From Candidatus Omnitrophota bacterium (GTDB taxonomy: Bacteria > Omnitrophota > Gorgyraeia > Gygaellales > Profunditerraquicolaceae), in assembly GCA_030650425.1 (NCBI GenBank), contig JAUSED010000005.1, forward strand, positions 142,932-206,931: 64,000 bases of DNA. Direction: 5' to 3'. Below are positions 37,542 to 46,632 of the stretch, in pieces (within the stretch, counting starts at the first letter, position 1; every line of letters starts with the position of its first letter). The notes below the pieces were generated by a model. It was not told the origin of the DNA and ran no database searches. It saw only the letters and a program-made list of their open reading frames with translations. The position numbers were made by a program, and so were the translations under genes.

Positions 37542-39130
37542 TACGCAAAGATTCAATACTTTATTTATATATAATTTGTATTTTGGCATTATTCCATAAT
37601 TTATGCTTCGCAAAAACTCCTGAAGAATTAACCAAGTGTATCTGCGAAGGGAAGGCCGGTGAGCTCGCCTGCCTTGAAGAATTAAAGAATACTTCTTTCG
37701 AAAATAATAAATATGCTGATTTCGCGGAATTATTGAAAGGCCTTTGTCCTGAGAATAAAGCAATTGAGCCGGCAATCGATTATTATCTAGCCTTGACCCG
37801 TTCCTCCCAGCTTAAATATTTGGAAGATACCAAGAGTTGGGATGAGTATTTCGCTAAAGGCAATGATTACCGCGATGATCTTGTAAAAAGCGCGCAAAAA
37901 GCAATAAGCCTGACCACGACCAGGAACGCGCTTAATATTAATTCAAAACTTTTGTTATATCAATTTTACAAAGACCAGATGTCAGCTTCCAGCGATACTA
38001 TTTTAGCTGATTTAATCTGGTCGGTTGGTGAATACAGCCAGTCAGGTAATGATATCAATACGATTAAGGTGGTAGCGGATAAGCTGGTTGGCTATAATGA
38101 AAAAGGAAAAGCAAAAGAGCTATATAAGATTTATGCCCGGAAGCTGGCCGGTTCAGAGGTAAAAGACGCGGAGTTAAAAAATATCGCGGCCGGCTTTTAC
38201 AAAGAGGGAAATCTCGAGCTATCCGAAAGTATTTATGATATTTACATTGAAAGAATTTCTACAAGGCCGGCTAAAGGGAAATTACCTCCGGAGTTAATCA
38301 ATATTGCCAAAGATTTTACTTATAGGGACGCCGGCTCGAGCGACCCGTTTTATGCCGAAAAGGTCTTTAAAAAGATAGAAGAAATAGGAGGGAAAAAAGC
38401 TTTTGACGAGAGCTTAATCTATTTGCGCGGCTTCAACTTAGAGAAAGTCAAGGCCTTTGCTCAGGCCAGAGAGATCTATATCGATTTACTAAAAACTTTT
38501 CCCGTCACCCTTCATGCGGATGAGCTTACTTATAAAATCGGCGTTATTTCTATTTATGTGTTAAGGGATCTTAAATCAGGGAGGGATTATTTTGAGCAGC
38601 TTGTTCAAAAGCCCGTTGTTTCATCTTATGTTTTGGCTGGTTTATACCAGTTAGGCTTATTAAAACAGTGGGAAGAGGCCTTAGCCCAAGCCAAAGAATA
38701 TTATAATCTAATATTGGCGAAAGCCGGCGAGACCGATCCGGAAAGAGCGGCCCTTACCCGGGAAAGATTGAATGAGCTAGAGCAGAATAAGCCTCTCGAC
38801 TATAACGTAAAACTAGGGCTGGATACAGCCTTAAAAGAAGAATTCGTCAATTTAGATATGAGTAAATTAAGCCTGAAATCCAGCGACTACCTGCCGGAGA
38901 AAGACAAAGAGGTTAATATTTCCTCTACCTCATCTTTAGGCCCCACCGGCTGCCTGCAGGTGGAATTACAGTATTTGTGGTCAGGCGATTTGGGAAGCGC
39001 AAAGCCTCTATCGACCCAATCTGAATTCCCAACCACTTATAAAACAGCGGGTACCAAGGTTATGGTTATGGTTTTAGTCGCGCCAGAAGGGATCATTGAA
39101 CGCGGCATTGACCTGATTGACGCGCATTAA
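37538..39130 (+). CDS. Secreted alpha-helical repeat (TPR-like) protein, function unknown
   Basis: Signal peptide. ATGA overlap with the upstream gene. Confidence 0.5.
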   Translation: MIRKDSILYLYIICILALFHNLCFAKTPEELTKCICEGKAGELACLEELKNTSFENNKYADFAELLKGLCPENKAIEPAIDYYLALTRSSQLKYLEDTKSWDEYFAKGNDYRDDLVKSAQKAISLTTTRNALNINSKLLLYQFYKDQMSASSDTILADLIWSVGEYSQSGNDINTIKVVADKLVGYNEKGKAKELYKIYARKLAGSEVKDAELKNIAAGFYKEGNLELSESIYDIYIERISTRPAKGKLPPELINIAKDFTYRDAGSSDPFYAEKVFKKIEEIGGKKAFDESLIYLRGFNLEKVKAFAQAREIYIDLLKTFPVTLHADELTYKIGVISIYVLRDLKSGRDYFEQLVQKPVVSSYVLAGLYQLGLLKQWEEALAQAKEYYNLILAKAGETDPERAALTRERLNELEQNKPLDYNVKLGLDTALKEEFVNLDMSKLSLKSSDYLPEKDKEVNISSTSSLGPTGCLQVELQYLWSGDLGSAKPLSTQSEFPTTYKTAGTKVMVMVLVAPEGIIERGIDLIDAH

Positions 39131-39134
39131 ACGC

Positions 39135-39163
39135 TTGACTTATAATCTGATTGGTTGTATAAA
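39135..39163 (+). promoter_or_regulatory. Sigma70 promoter for the ROK regulator (TTGACT-17-TATAAA)
   Basis: Sequence motifs about 38 nt upstream of the start. Confidence 0.5.
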
Positions 39164-39200
39164 TAAATGATAATAATCATAGAGAAAAGGATTTTGACTG

Positions 39201-40433
39201 ATGCGTGACGTTGACTTACAAAAGGAAATCTTAAGCGAAAAAGAAAAACGTAATATTGAGATTCTGGATATTTTAAGGAAGCGCGGGCCGATCAGCCGGC
39301 CGGATATTTCGCGGGATATGGGGATAAATGTAGTAACCATATCCAGCTGCATTGATGAATTCATCAAACATAACCTGGTCTTTGAAAAAGAGCTGGATGT
39401 TTCCGAGGGAGGGAGGAGGCCTGTCCTGTTAGATTTAAATCCTCGGGCGGGCTTTGTCGTCGGGGTAGGATTGAACCTGATGAATATGGTCGGGCTGTTG
39501 GTGGATTTTAAAGGGAATATTATTACCAAGACGCAGAATCCCCGTCCCCGGACTTCGGTGAAAGAGATCTCTGAGAGTGTTTTAGATATAGTGCGCGAAA
39601 TATTACGGCGCTCAAAAGAATATACCGCCAATATCCACGGTATCGGAGTTGGGATAGCCGGCTTGGTTAATAAAAAGAACGGGATGATCCACTGGCCGCA
39701 GAAGACCGATCACTATTATACCTACGCTTCGATAGATGTGCCGTTAAGGGGGTTGATGGAAAAAGAATTTAATCTGCCTACCCTGGTTGAGAATGACGCT
39801 ACCAGCGCTTGTTTCGGAGAACATTGGTTGAATCTGGGGCAGGATTATAAAAATGTTCTCTATATGTTTTCCGGAGTCGGATGCGGCATCATGATTAACG
39901 GAGAGATTTACCGCGGGGCGCAAGGGTTTGCCGGAGAAACCTCTATTTATAATTATAAAGAGCAGGATGATTTTAATTGTAAGGCCGGTGCTCCTTGTTT
40001 TTTAAAACGCTGGGATATAGATTTAGGAATTGTCGAAGAGGTAAAGAAGGATTTACTGCAAGACCGGGAAAAAGCTGAGGAGTTTTCTAAGTTGACGCGG
40101 ATGCCTTTAGAGAGTATAGATTTAAAAAATGTTCTTACCGCTGCCAGAATGCAGAATAGCATAGCCTCTGGCGCTTTAGAGAGGGCTGCCAAAAGACTGG
40201 GAATTAAAATCGCTGGTTTAGTGAACCTGCTTAATCCCGAAGTGGTGGTTATCGGCGGAGGATTAGAAGAGGCAGGGGATGAGTTTTTAAGGAAGGTAAC
40301 TTCCACGGTAAAAGATTGGTCATTTAGGGAGTCGGTCGAAGATTTAAAGGTAATCTACTCCCAGTTAAGGGAAAATGCGGTTGCTTTAGGGGCGGCAAGC
40401 TTGGTCATGCAGAGGATTTTTGCGCAGGTTTAA
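39201..40433 (+). CDS. ROK-family transcriptional regulator (NagC/XylR-like)
   Basis: N-terminal wHTH (ILDILRKRGPISRPDISRDMGIN) plus ROK sugar-kinase fold (GIGVGIAGLVN, ENDATSACFGEHW). Confidence 0.8.
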   Translation: MRDVDLQKEILSEKEKRNIEILDILRKRGPISRPDISRDMGINVVTISSCIDEFIKHNLVFEKELDVSEGGRRPVLLDLNPRAGFVVGVGLNLMNMVGLLVDFKGNIITKTQNPRPRTSVKEISESVLDIVREILRRSKEYTANIHGIGVGIAGLVNKKNGMIHWPQKTDHYYTYASIDVPLRGLMEKEFNLPTLVENDATSACFGEHWLNLGQDYKNVLYMFSGVGCGIMINGEIYRGAQGFAGETSIYNYKEQDDFNCKAGAPCFLKRWDIDLGIVEEVKKDLLQDREKAEEFSKLTRMPLESIDLKNVLTAARMQNSIASGALERAAKRLGIKIAGLVNLLNPEVVVIGGGLEEAGDEFLRKVTSTVKDWSFRESVEDLKVIYSQLRENAVALGAASLVMQRIFAQV

Positions 40434-40440
40434 GTTAATC

Positions 40441-40460
40441 CGCCCCGCCTTTGGCGGGGC
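40441..40460 (+). terminator. Short GC hairpin GCCCCGCC-tttg-GCGGGGC after the ROK gene
   Basis: 7-bp GC stem with no clear U-tract. Confidence 0.35.
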
Positions 40461-40502
40461 TAATTCGTCCCGACTTTACGCAGGGACTCATTAGGAGGAT
40501 CA

Positions 40503-41675
40503 ATGGAACAGAAGGCAAAGTTTATTATCATCGGACTTGCCATATTTACGTTAGCCTGTCTTTTTCTTTTTGTCCAGGCATTTAACGCCAAGCAAGATTT
40601 AACGCGCGAGAGGGATGACCTAAAAACTGAGAATACCACCCTTAATAGCAAAGTGGATAAGCTGACTGTTTCTTTGCGCAGCTATGAGAGTAGGATCACT
40701 TCGTTGACTAAAGACCTTGAAGAAGCCTCCCACCAGAAAGAAGACTTAGAAAAAAAATATGCTGAGGTAAGCAAGGCCAAAGATGATCTGGTAAAGAAAT
40801 TAACAGAGCAGGCCAGCCGAATAGAATCTTCATCTCAGGCTATCGTTCAAGAATCCCCCCTCCCTCTGAGTAATGACGCTTATTGGGCGGAGGTGTTAAA
40901 AAGAAAGGGTGAGCTGGAATTACAGTTATCCGGTTTACGGGATGATTTTAAATCATTGCAGATAACCAATGAGCAGGCGCAAAGGGAGAAGAGCAACCTT
41001 GAGCTAGACTTTAATAACTTGAAACGCGAGAACGCGGACCTGAAGCGGCAGATTGATTACAATCAGAAAATATCTGACAGCATTGCCCAAGAATTAGTCA
41101 GGGAGAAGAACGATAAGGCCCAGATTCAGGGCGGTTATAAGACGGTGAGAAATGAAAATGCCTCCTTGAGCCGGGGGTTGCGGAGCCTTACTGTACGCAA
41201 GGTCAGTTTGGAGCAAAAGATTCAAGAGCTTCAGAGAAGCAAGGGAGAACTAGAGCACAGGCTTTCTGAAATGGAGACGATGTTAACCCAAGGAGTGGCG
41301 CAGATAAGCGGGATTCAACAGCGGATCGATGATATCAAGGGCCAAAGCAAAAACGCGGAAGATACAAAAACAGGGAAAAAGGAATCAGTAGAACTTCCGG
41401 CGATCGTGGTCAGGCCGCAGATTGAGGCGGCCAATAGGCCGGGAAATATCGATAGTAGTTCAATGGGAAAAGTTTTGGCGGTAAATAGAGATAATAATTT
41501 CGTAATTATAAATTTGGGCCAGGACACAGGCTTAAAAGCAGGAGATAGCCTTAAGGTTTATAGGGGAGAAAGGGCTATTGCCGGTATCGAAGCGATTCAA
41601 GTAAGGCAAGATATCGCTGCCTGTGATATCAAGAAAGAAGCCGATCCGATTAAAATCGGCGACTCGGTTAAATAA
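40503..41675 (+). CDS. Membrane-anchored coiled-coil protein with C-terminal small beta domain, unknown function
   Basis: N-terminal TM helix followed by long heptad-rich charged region. GGAGGATCA SD. Confidence 0.5.
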   Translation: MEQKAKFIIIGLAIFTLACLFLFVQAFNAKQDLTRERDDLKTENTTLNSKVDKLTVSLRSYESRITSLTKDLEEASHQKEDLEKKYAEVSKAKDDLVKKLTEQASRIESSSQAIVQESPLPLSNDAYWAEVLKRKGELELQLSGLRDDFKSLQITNEQAQREKSNLELDFNNLKRENADLKRQIDYNQKISDSIAQELVREKNDKAQIQGGYKTVRNENASLSRGLRSLTVRKVSLEQKIQELQRSKGELEHRLSEMETMLTQGVAQISGIQQRIDDIKGQSKNAEDTKTGKKESVELPAIVVRPQIEAANRPGNIDSSSMGKVLAVNRDNNFVIINLGQDTGLKAGDSLKVYRGERAIAGIEAIQVRQDIAACDIKKEADPIKIGDSVK

Positions 41676-41698
41676 TTCCAAACCGTTTTCCTTTATAA

Positions 41699-42724
41699 AT
41701 GACACGCACTAAAAAATCCCCCTCCAAGAATAAATCAATTGATGATGTCGCCCGCCTCGCCGGAGTTTCTATTACTACCGTTTCACGCGTAATCAATAAG
41801 GTAGGCGCGGTAAAAGAAAAAAACCGGGCCAAGGTAATGGATGCCGTCAAAGAATTAAAATTCGAGCCTTCGATATTCGCCCAACGTTTGGCTACGGGTA
41901 AGAGTAATGTCGTTGCCTTGCTCATTCCCCGCTATGAAGGAGTGTTTTATTCATTTTACGCCCTGGAATTAATCCGGGCAACCGGAACGCTTTGTGAGGC
42001 CTTTAAGCTGGATCTCTTGCTGCATTTAACCGATAGCCGCCCAAAGAGCGGGCTTAACTTAAGAGGGGTGGGCGGGGTAATCTTTTCGGATATTATCGGT
42101 ACCCGCTATCAAGTCGAAGAAGCCTTAAAGATGGGGTTGCCCTGCGTAGTGATCAATAATTACGTCGATGATTTACCGGTGAGTTGTGTCGCTATTGATA
42201 ATTTAGGCGGAGCTAAAAGCGCGGTTAATTATTTGGTTAGCTTAGGCCATAAAAGAATAGCGCATATAAGCGGTGACGTGACTACGCAGGCCGCGGAAAA
42301 AAGGCTGGAAGGTTACCTTGAAGCGCTCAAGGAAAACCGGATTGCGCTAAATGAAGGTTACATCTTGAAAACAGATTATTCGCGGGGACAGGCGCGTCAG
42401 GCTTCGGAAAAATTATTTAGAATGCCCGAACCTCCCACTGCCGTGTTTGTAGCCTCTGATTCTATGGCCCTTGAGGTAATGGCAGTGGCCAGAGAATTAG
42501 GAAAAAATATCCCCGCGGATTTATCGATTGTGGGTTTTGACGACAACCCATCCGGGTTATATGGCCCGGTGGCTTTAACCACCATAAGGCAGCCGCTCCT
42601 TAAGATGGCCGAAGAAGGAGTTAAGGAATTAAATCGTTTAATGAATGCTAAAAAAGGGACAGCGGTTAAAAAGATTACTCTTCCGACGGAACTAGTGGTG
42701 CGCGAATCCTGCCGGACACTTTAA
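41699..42724 (+). CDS. LacI-family transcriptional regulator
   Basis: HTH SIDDVARLAGVSITTVSRVINK plus periplasmic-binding-like fold. Confidence 0.85.
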   Translation: MTRTKKSPSKNKSIDDVARLAGVSITTVSRVINKVGAVKEKNRAKVMDAVKELKFEPSIFAQRLATGKSNVVALLIPRYEGVFYSFYALELIRATGTLCEAFKLDLLLHLTDSRPKSGLNLRGVGGVIFSDIIGTRYQVEEALKMGLPCVVINNYVDDLPVSCVAIDNLGGAKSAVNYLVSLGHKRIAHISGDVTTQAAEKRLEGYLEALKENRIALNEGYILKTDYSRGQARQASEKLFRMPEPPTAVFVASDSMALEVMAVARELGKNIPADLSIVGFDDNPSGLYGPVALTTIRQPLLKMAEEGVKELNRLMNAKKGTAVKKITLPTELVVRESCRTL

Positions 42725-42789
42725 ATAAGTTTTAACACAATCCATTGTATAAATTAAATATCGACTACACAATATATTGTAATTTTTTG

Positions 42790-42819
42790 TTGACAAGTAG
42801 CAGGAACGCGTGATAGAAT
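42790..42819 (+). promoter_or_regulatory. Sigma70 promoter for nrdJ (TTGACA-18-TAGAAT)
   Basis: Consensus -35, good -10, about 40-nt leader. Confidence 0.55.
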
Positions 42820-42862
42820 TTCCTGTCGAAAGTAAACCGGACTTTTAATAAGGAGCAGTCAG

Positions 42863-45175
42863 ATGAATGTAAAATTATCCGATAACGCGTTAAAGGTATT
42901 ACAGAGAAGATACCTTAAAAAAGATGAAGCGGGTAAGGTTATTGAAACTCCTGAAGAAATGTTCAGGCGCGTTGCTTCGGCAATAGCCGTAGCGGATAAG
43001 CTCTATGGTAAGAACGAAAAGGAGATTAAAGATTTAGAAGATCATTTTTATCGGATGATGACGGCGTTGGAATTCCTCCCTAATTCTCCCTGCCTGATGA
43101 ATGCCGGTAAAGAGATGGCTCAGTTGAGCGCTTGTTTTGTCCTTCCTATTGAAGACTCAATGGAATCTATTTTTGAAAGCTTAAAAATCACGGCGATGAT
43201 CCATAAATCCGGCGGCGGTACGGGATTTTCTTTTTCCCGCCTTCGCCCGAAGAACGCCGTGGTTAAGACTACTGGAGGGATTGCTTCCGGCCCGATATCT
43301 TTCATGCGCGTATATGATGCAGCGACAGAGGCGGTGAAACAGGGAGGAAGCAGACGCGGTGCGAATATGGGAATTTTAAGGGTAGACCATCCTGACATAT
43401 TGGAATTCATAACCTGCAAGGAGAACGATAAACACATTACAAATTTTAATATCTCGGTGACCATTACAGATGACTTTATAAATAAACTGGAAAAGAACGA
43501 AGATTATGATTTGATTGACCCGCGCACGCAGAAGGTTGTAAGAAGGCTTAATACAAAAACAGTCTTTGATTTAGTAGTTAAGCAGGCGCATAAGAATGGC
43601 GAGCCAGGAGTTATCTTTATTGACCGGATGAATGAATTTAATCCGACGCCTAAGTTAGGAAAGTTTGAAGCGACCAATCCGTGCGGTGAGCAAAATCTTT
43701 TGCCTTATGAAAGCTGCGACCTGGGTTCTATAAATTTAGCGCGGCTGTATAAAAAGATTAATAATAGGTATGAGATTGACTGGGATAAGTTAAAGGAAGT
43801 TACGCATCTGGCCGTGCATTTTCTGGATAATCTAATCGACGTAAACAAGTTCCCTATGCCTCAGATCGAGAAGGCAACCAAGGCGACCCGTAAAATCGGA
43901 CTTGGCGTAATGGGTTGGGCAAGTTTATTGATCCGCCTGAATATACCTTATAATAGCGATGAGGCAGTGGCTTTGGCAGAAAAGGTAATGTCGTTTATCT
44001 TGAAAGAATCAACCAAGAAATCTCTGGAGCTAGGTAAATCTAAAGGCACATTCCCGGCATTTAAGGGGAGTATCTATGATAAAAAAGATGGGCTAACCAA
44101 GATGCGTAATGCTACCTTAACCACTATCGCGCCTACCGGTACGATCAGTATCATTGCCGGGCCTTGTTCTTCGGGTATTGAACCTTTGTTTGCCATATCT
44201 TATTACCGCAATGTTATGGATAACGATAAATTAGTCGAGGTCGAGCCGTTATTTGAGGAAGTAGCTAAAGATAGGGGTTTCTATAGCCGCGAGTTGATGG
44301 AAAAGATCGCCGAGAGCGGCTCGCTTCAGCATATCGAAGGCGTGCCCGAAGACGTAAAGAGGATCTTTGTCACCGCGCATGACATAGCTCCCGAATGGCA
44401 CGTGCGTATGCAGGCTGCTTTTCAGAAATATGTGCATAATGCCACCTCCAAGACGATCAACTTTCCTCACGATGCTACGGTGGAAGATGTACGTAAGGCT
44501 TATTTATTGGCTTATCAATTAGACTGCAAAGGGATAACCGTTTATCGCGACAAATCCCGTGAAGAGCAAGTTTTAAATATCGGCAGCTCTGGCCAGAAAA
44601 AGGAGGCATTAGTCCAAAACGCCCCTCTATCGGATTTTAAAAAAGAGATCGCTCCCCGTCCGCGTCCGGAAGTAATCATCGGGACGACGACCAAGGTAGC
44701 CACGGGCTGCGGTAATCTTTACGTTACCATAAATGTGGATGAAGAAGGCAATCCCTTTGAATTATTTACCCAAATGGGTAAGGCAGGTGGTTGCGCCGCT
44801 TCTCAACTTGAGGCGTTGGGCCGTTTGGTTTCGTTGAGTTTTCGCGCCGGGGTCGAGGTTAAATCGATTATGGAACAATTACGTAATATTCGCTGCCCTT
44901 CACCCTCGTGGGAAAAGGGACAGCGTATATTTTCTTGCGCTGATGCCATTGCCCGCGTGGTGGAAAGAAGATTAGTGAATAATCAAGCAGCCAAAGCAGC
45001 TTTAGAGAGTACGCCTGTGGCGATGAAACACGCGCATAACGATGAACCGGCTATTACTGACATAAGTAGTGGCTCGCGAGGGGATATTGTGGGAGTTTGT
45101 CCTGATTGCGGGGGCGCGCTGCGTCATGAAGAAGGCTGTATGAAATGTCATGCGTGTGGATTCTCTAAGTGCTAG
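42863..45175 (+). CDS. nrdJ: Adenosylcobalamin-dependent (class II) ribonucleotide reductase
   Basis: NPCGEQ active-site motif. Length and C-terminal Cys-rich tail CPDCGG...CMKCHACG. Confidence 0.9.
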   Translation: MNVKLSDNALKVLQRRYLKKDEAGKVIETPEEMFRRVASAIAVADKLYGKNEKEIKDLEDHFYRMMTALEFLPNSPCLMNAGKEMAQLSACFVLPIEDSMESIFESLKITAMIHKSGGGTGFSFSRLRPKNAVVKTTGGIASGPISFMRVYDAATEAVKQGGSRRGANMGILRVDHPDILEFITCKENDKHITNFNISVTITDDFINKLEKNEDYDLIDPRTQKVVRRLNTKTVFDLVVKQAHKNGEPGVIFIDRMNEFNPTPKLGKFEATNPCGEQNLLPYESCDLGSINLARLYKKINNRYEIDWDKLKEVTHLAVHFLDNLIDVNKFPMPQIEKATKATRKIGLGVMGWASLLIRLNIPYNSDEAVALAEKVMSFILKESTKKSLELGKSKGTFPAFKGSIYDKKDGLTKMRNATLTTIAPTGTISIIAGPCSSGIEPLFAISYYRNVMDNDKLVEVEPLFEEVAKDRGFYSRELMEKIAESGSLQHIEGVPEDVKRIFVTAHDIAPEWHVRMQAAFQKYVHNATSKTINFPHDATVEDVRKAYLLAYQLDCKGITVYRDKSREEQVLNIGSSGQKKEALVQNAPLSDFKKEIAPRPRPEVIIGTTTKVATGCGNLYVTINVDEEGNPFELFTQMGKAGGCAASQLEALGRLVSLSFRAGVEVKSIMEQLRNIRCPSPSWEKGQRIFSCADAIARVVERRLVNNQAAKAALESTPVAMKHAHNDEPAITDISSGSRGDIVGVCPDCGGALRHEEGCMKCHACGFSKC

Positions 45176-45225
45176 CGTATAGCGTAGAGCGGATAGCGGA
45201 TAGAAAAAACTAAACGCTATACGCT
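45173..45225. repeat. Perfect 13-bp inverted repeat TAGCGTATAGCGT...ACGCTATACGCTA with 27-nt loop, between nrdJ and apgM
   Basis: Overlaps the nrdJ stop. Possible terminator or regulatory hairpin. Confidence 0.6.
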
Positions 45226-45239
45226 AAACGCTAAAAATT

Positions 45240-46523
45240 ATGAAAAAGATACTCTATATAGTTTTAGATGGCCTAGGCGATCTGCCTATTAAAGAACTTA
45301 ACAATAAGACTCCGCTTGAGGCAGCGGTTACTCCGAATATGGATCGGCTGGCGCAAAAAGGGAAAACCGGGATTGTTTATCCCGTAGGAAAGGGAATCGC
45401 GCCTGAATCGGATATCGCGGTAATCAGTTTGCTTGGGTACGACGCGCATAAATATTATACTGGACGCGGCCCGTTAGAATCATTTGCCGAAGGCCTAGCC
45501 GTAAATGACGGAGATGTGGCTTTTCGGGTAAATTTTGCCACGGTTAGCGAAGACGGAAAAACCATTAGAGACAGGCGCGTAGGCAGAAATCTTACCAGCG
45601 AAGAAGCGGCTGGTTTAGCCAAAGAGATTAATGCCAAGGTTACTTTATCCAGCGCTACCTTTGAATTTAAGAGTACGATCGGCCATCGGGGTATTCTGGT
45701 GATTAGAGGGATGCACCAGAAATTATCCGGTTGGATTACTAATACTGACCCAGCGTATGATCGGGAGGGAGTATTCGGCGTAGCCAAAGAAAAATTTGAT
45801 AACTTAGCAGCAGTATCCGAACCTATGCCGGGATACGAAAATTCTCAGGAAGCTAAAGAAGCATCCAAACTGCTTAATGAATTTACCGAAAAATCGATTA
45901 AAGTTTTAAACGAGTCGGCAATCAATAAAAAGAGGGTTAGTGAGGCTAAGATGCCCGGTAATTTGATTCTCTCCCGCGATGCCGGAGACCATCTGCCAAA
46001 ATTTCCCCCTATTTCAAGTGTTTTCAATTTAAAATTCGGTTCATTTGTCGTGATGCCGGTGGAAAAAGGTATCGCCTTGCTTACCGGAATCGATATTATC
46101 GATGTGCCGCAGTCAAGCGGGCATCTGGATGTAGATTATCCTGTCTGGGCTAAGATCGCGCTGGAGTCCATCCAGAAATATGACGGAATTTATGTGCACA
46201 TTAAAGGCCCGGATGAACCGGCGCACGACGGAGATTTCCAAAAGAAGAAAGAGAGTATTGAGGCGATCGATAAATATTTTTTTACCAGCCTATTAAGTAA
46301 ATTAGACCTTGCTAATACGATTATCGCCATCACCGCGGATCACTCTACTGTCTGCAGCGTAAGAGCGCACACCGCTGACCCTGTTCCTTTGCTTGTTTGC
46401 GGCGGGAACATCAAAGCCGACGGCTCAATGAGTTTTTCCGAAAGGGCGGCTAAGCTTGGTTCGATCGGAGAAATGCTTGGCCGCGAAATCCTGCCTTACC
46501 TTGTAAAACTCGCTAAAGAATAA
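45240..46523 (+). CDS. apgM: 2,3-bisphosphoglycerate-independent phosphoglycerate mutase, archaeal type
   Basis: N-terminal MKKILYIVLDGLGD and overall ApgM layout. Confidence 0.8.
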   Translation: MKKILYIVLDGLGDLPIKELNNKTPLEAAVTPNMDRLAQKGKTGIVYPVGKGIAPESDIAVISLLGYDAHKYYTGRGPLESFAEGLAVNDGDVAFRVNFATVSEDGKTIRDRRVGRNLTSEEAAGLAKEINAKVTLSSATFEFKSTIGHRGILVIRGMHQKLSGWITNTDPAYDREGVFGVAKEKFDNLAAVSEPMPGYENSQEAKEASKLLNEFTEKSIKVLNESAINKKRVSEAKMPGNLILSRDAGDHLPKFPPISSVFNLKFGSFVVMPVEKGIALLTGIDIIDVPQSSGHLDVDYPVWAKIALESIQKYDGIYVHIKGPDEPAHDGDFQKKKESIEAIDKYFFTSLLSKLDLANTIIAITADHSTVCSVRAHTADPVPLLVCGGNIKADGSMSFSERAAKLGSIGEMLGREILPYLVKLAKE

Positions 46524-46526
46524 AAT

Positions 46527-46630
46527 ATAGGGACCGTTTCTATTTTTTCATAATAGGGGACACTTTCCTACACGCGTTTACTATCTGCTGGAAAGTGTCC
46601 CCTGAAAGAAGAAAAATAGAACCGTCCCCT
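46527..46630. repeat. Nested palindromic element: outer GGGACCGTTTCTATTTTT/AAAAATAGAACCGTCCCC around inner GGGGACACTTTCC/GGAAAGTGTCCCC
   Basis: Member of the GGGGACACTTTCC family. Fills the apgM-mnmG intergenic space. Confidence 0.7.
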
Positions 46631-46632
46631 TT

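Noticed and set aside
41749-41769. Junction-like string GCCCGCCTCGCCGGAGTT inside the LacI-family gene
   Set aside because: It sits in a different codon register (A-R-L-A-G-V of the HTH) and has a C inserted relative to the core. I judge it a coincidental match, not a junction.
45173-45225. B12 riboswitch upstream of apgM or downstream of nrdJ
   Set aside because: The intergenic region is only 64 nt and is a simple 13-bp hairpin. There is no room for a cobalamin riboswitch.
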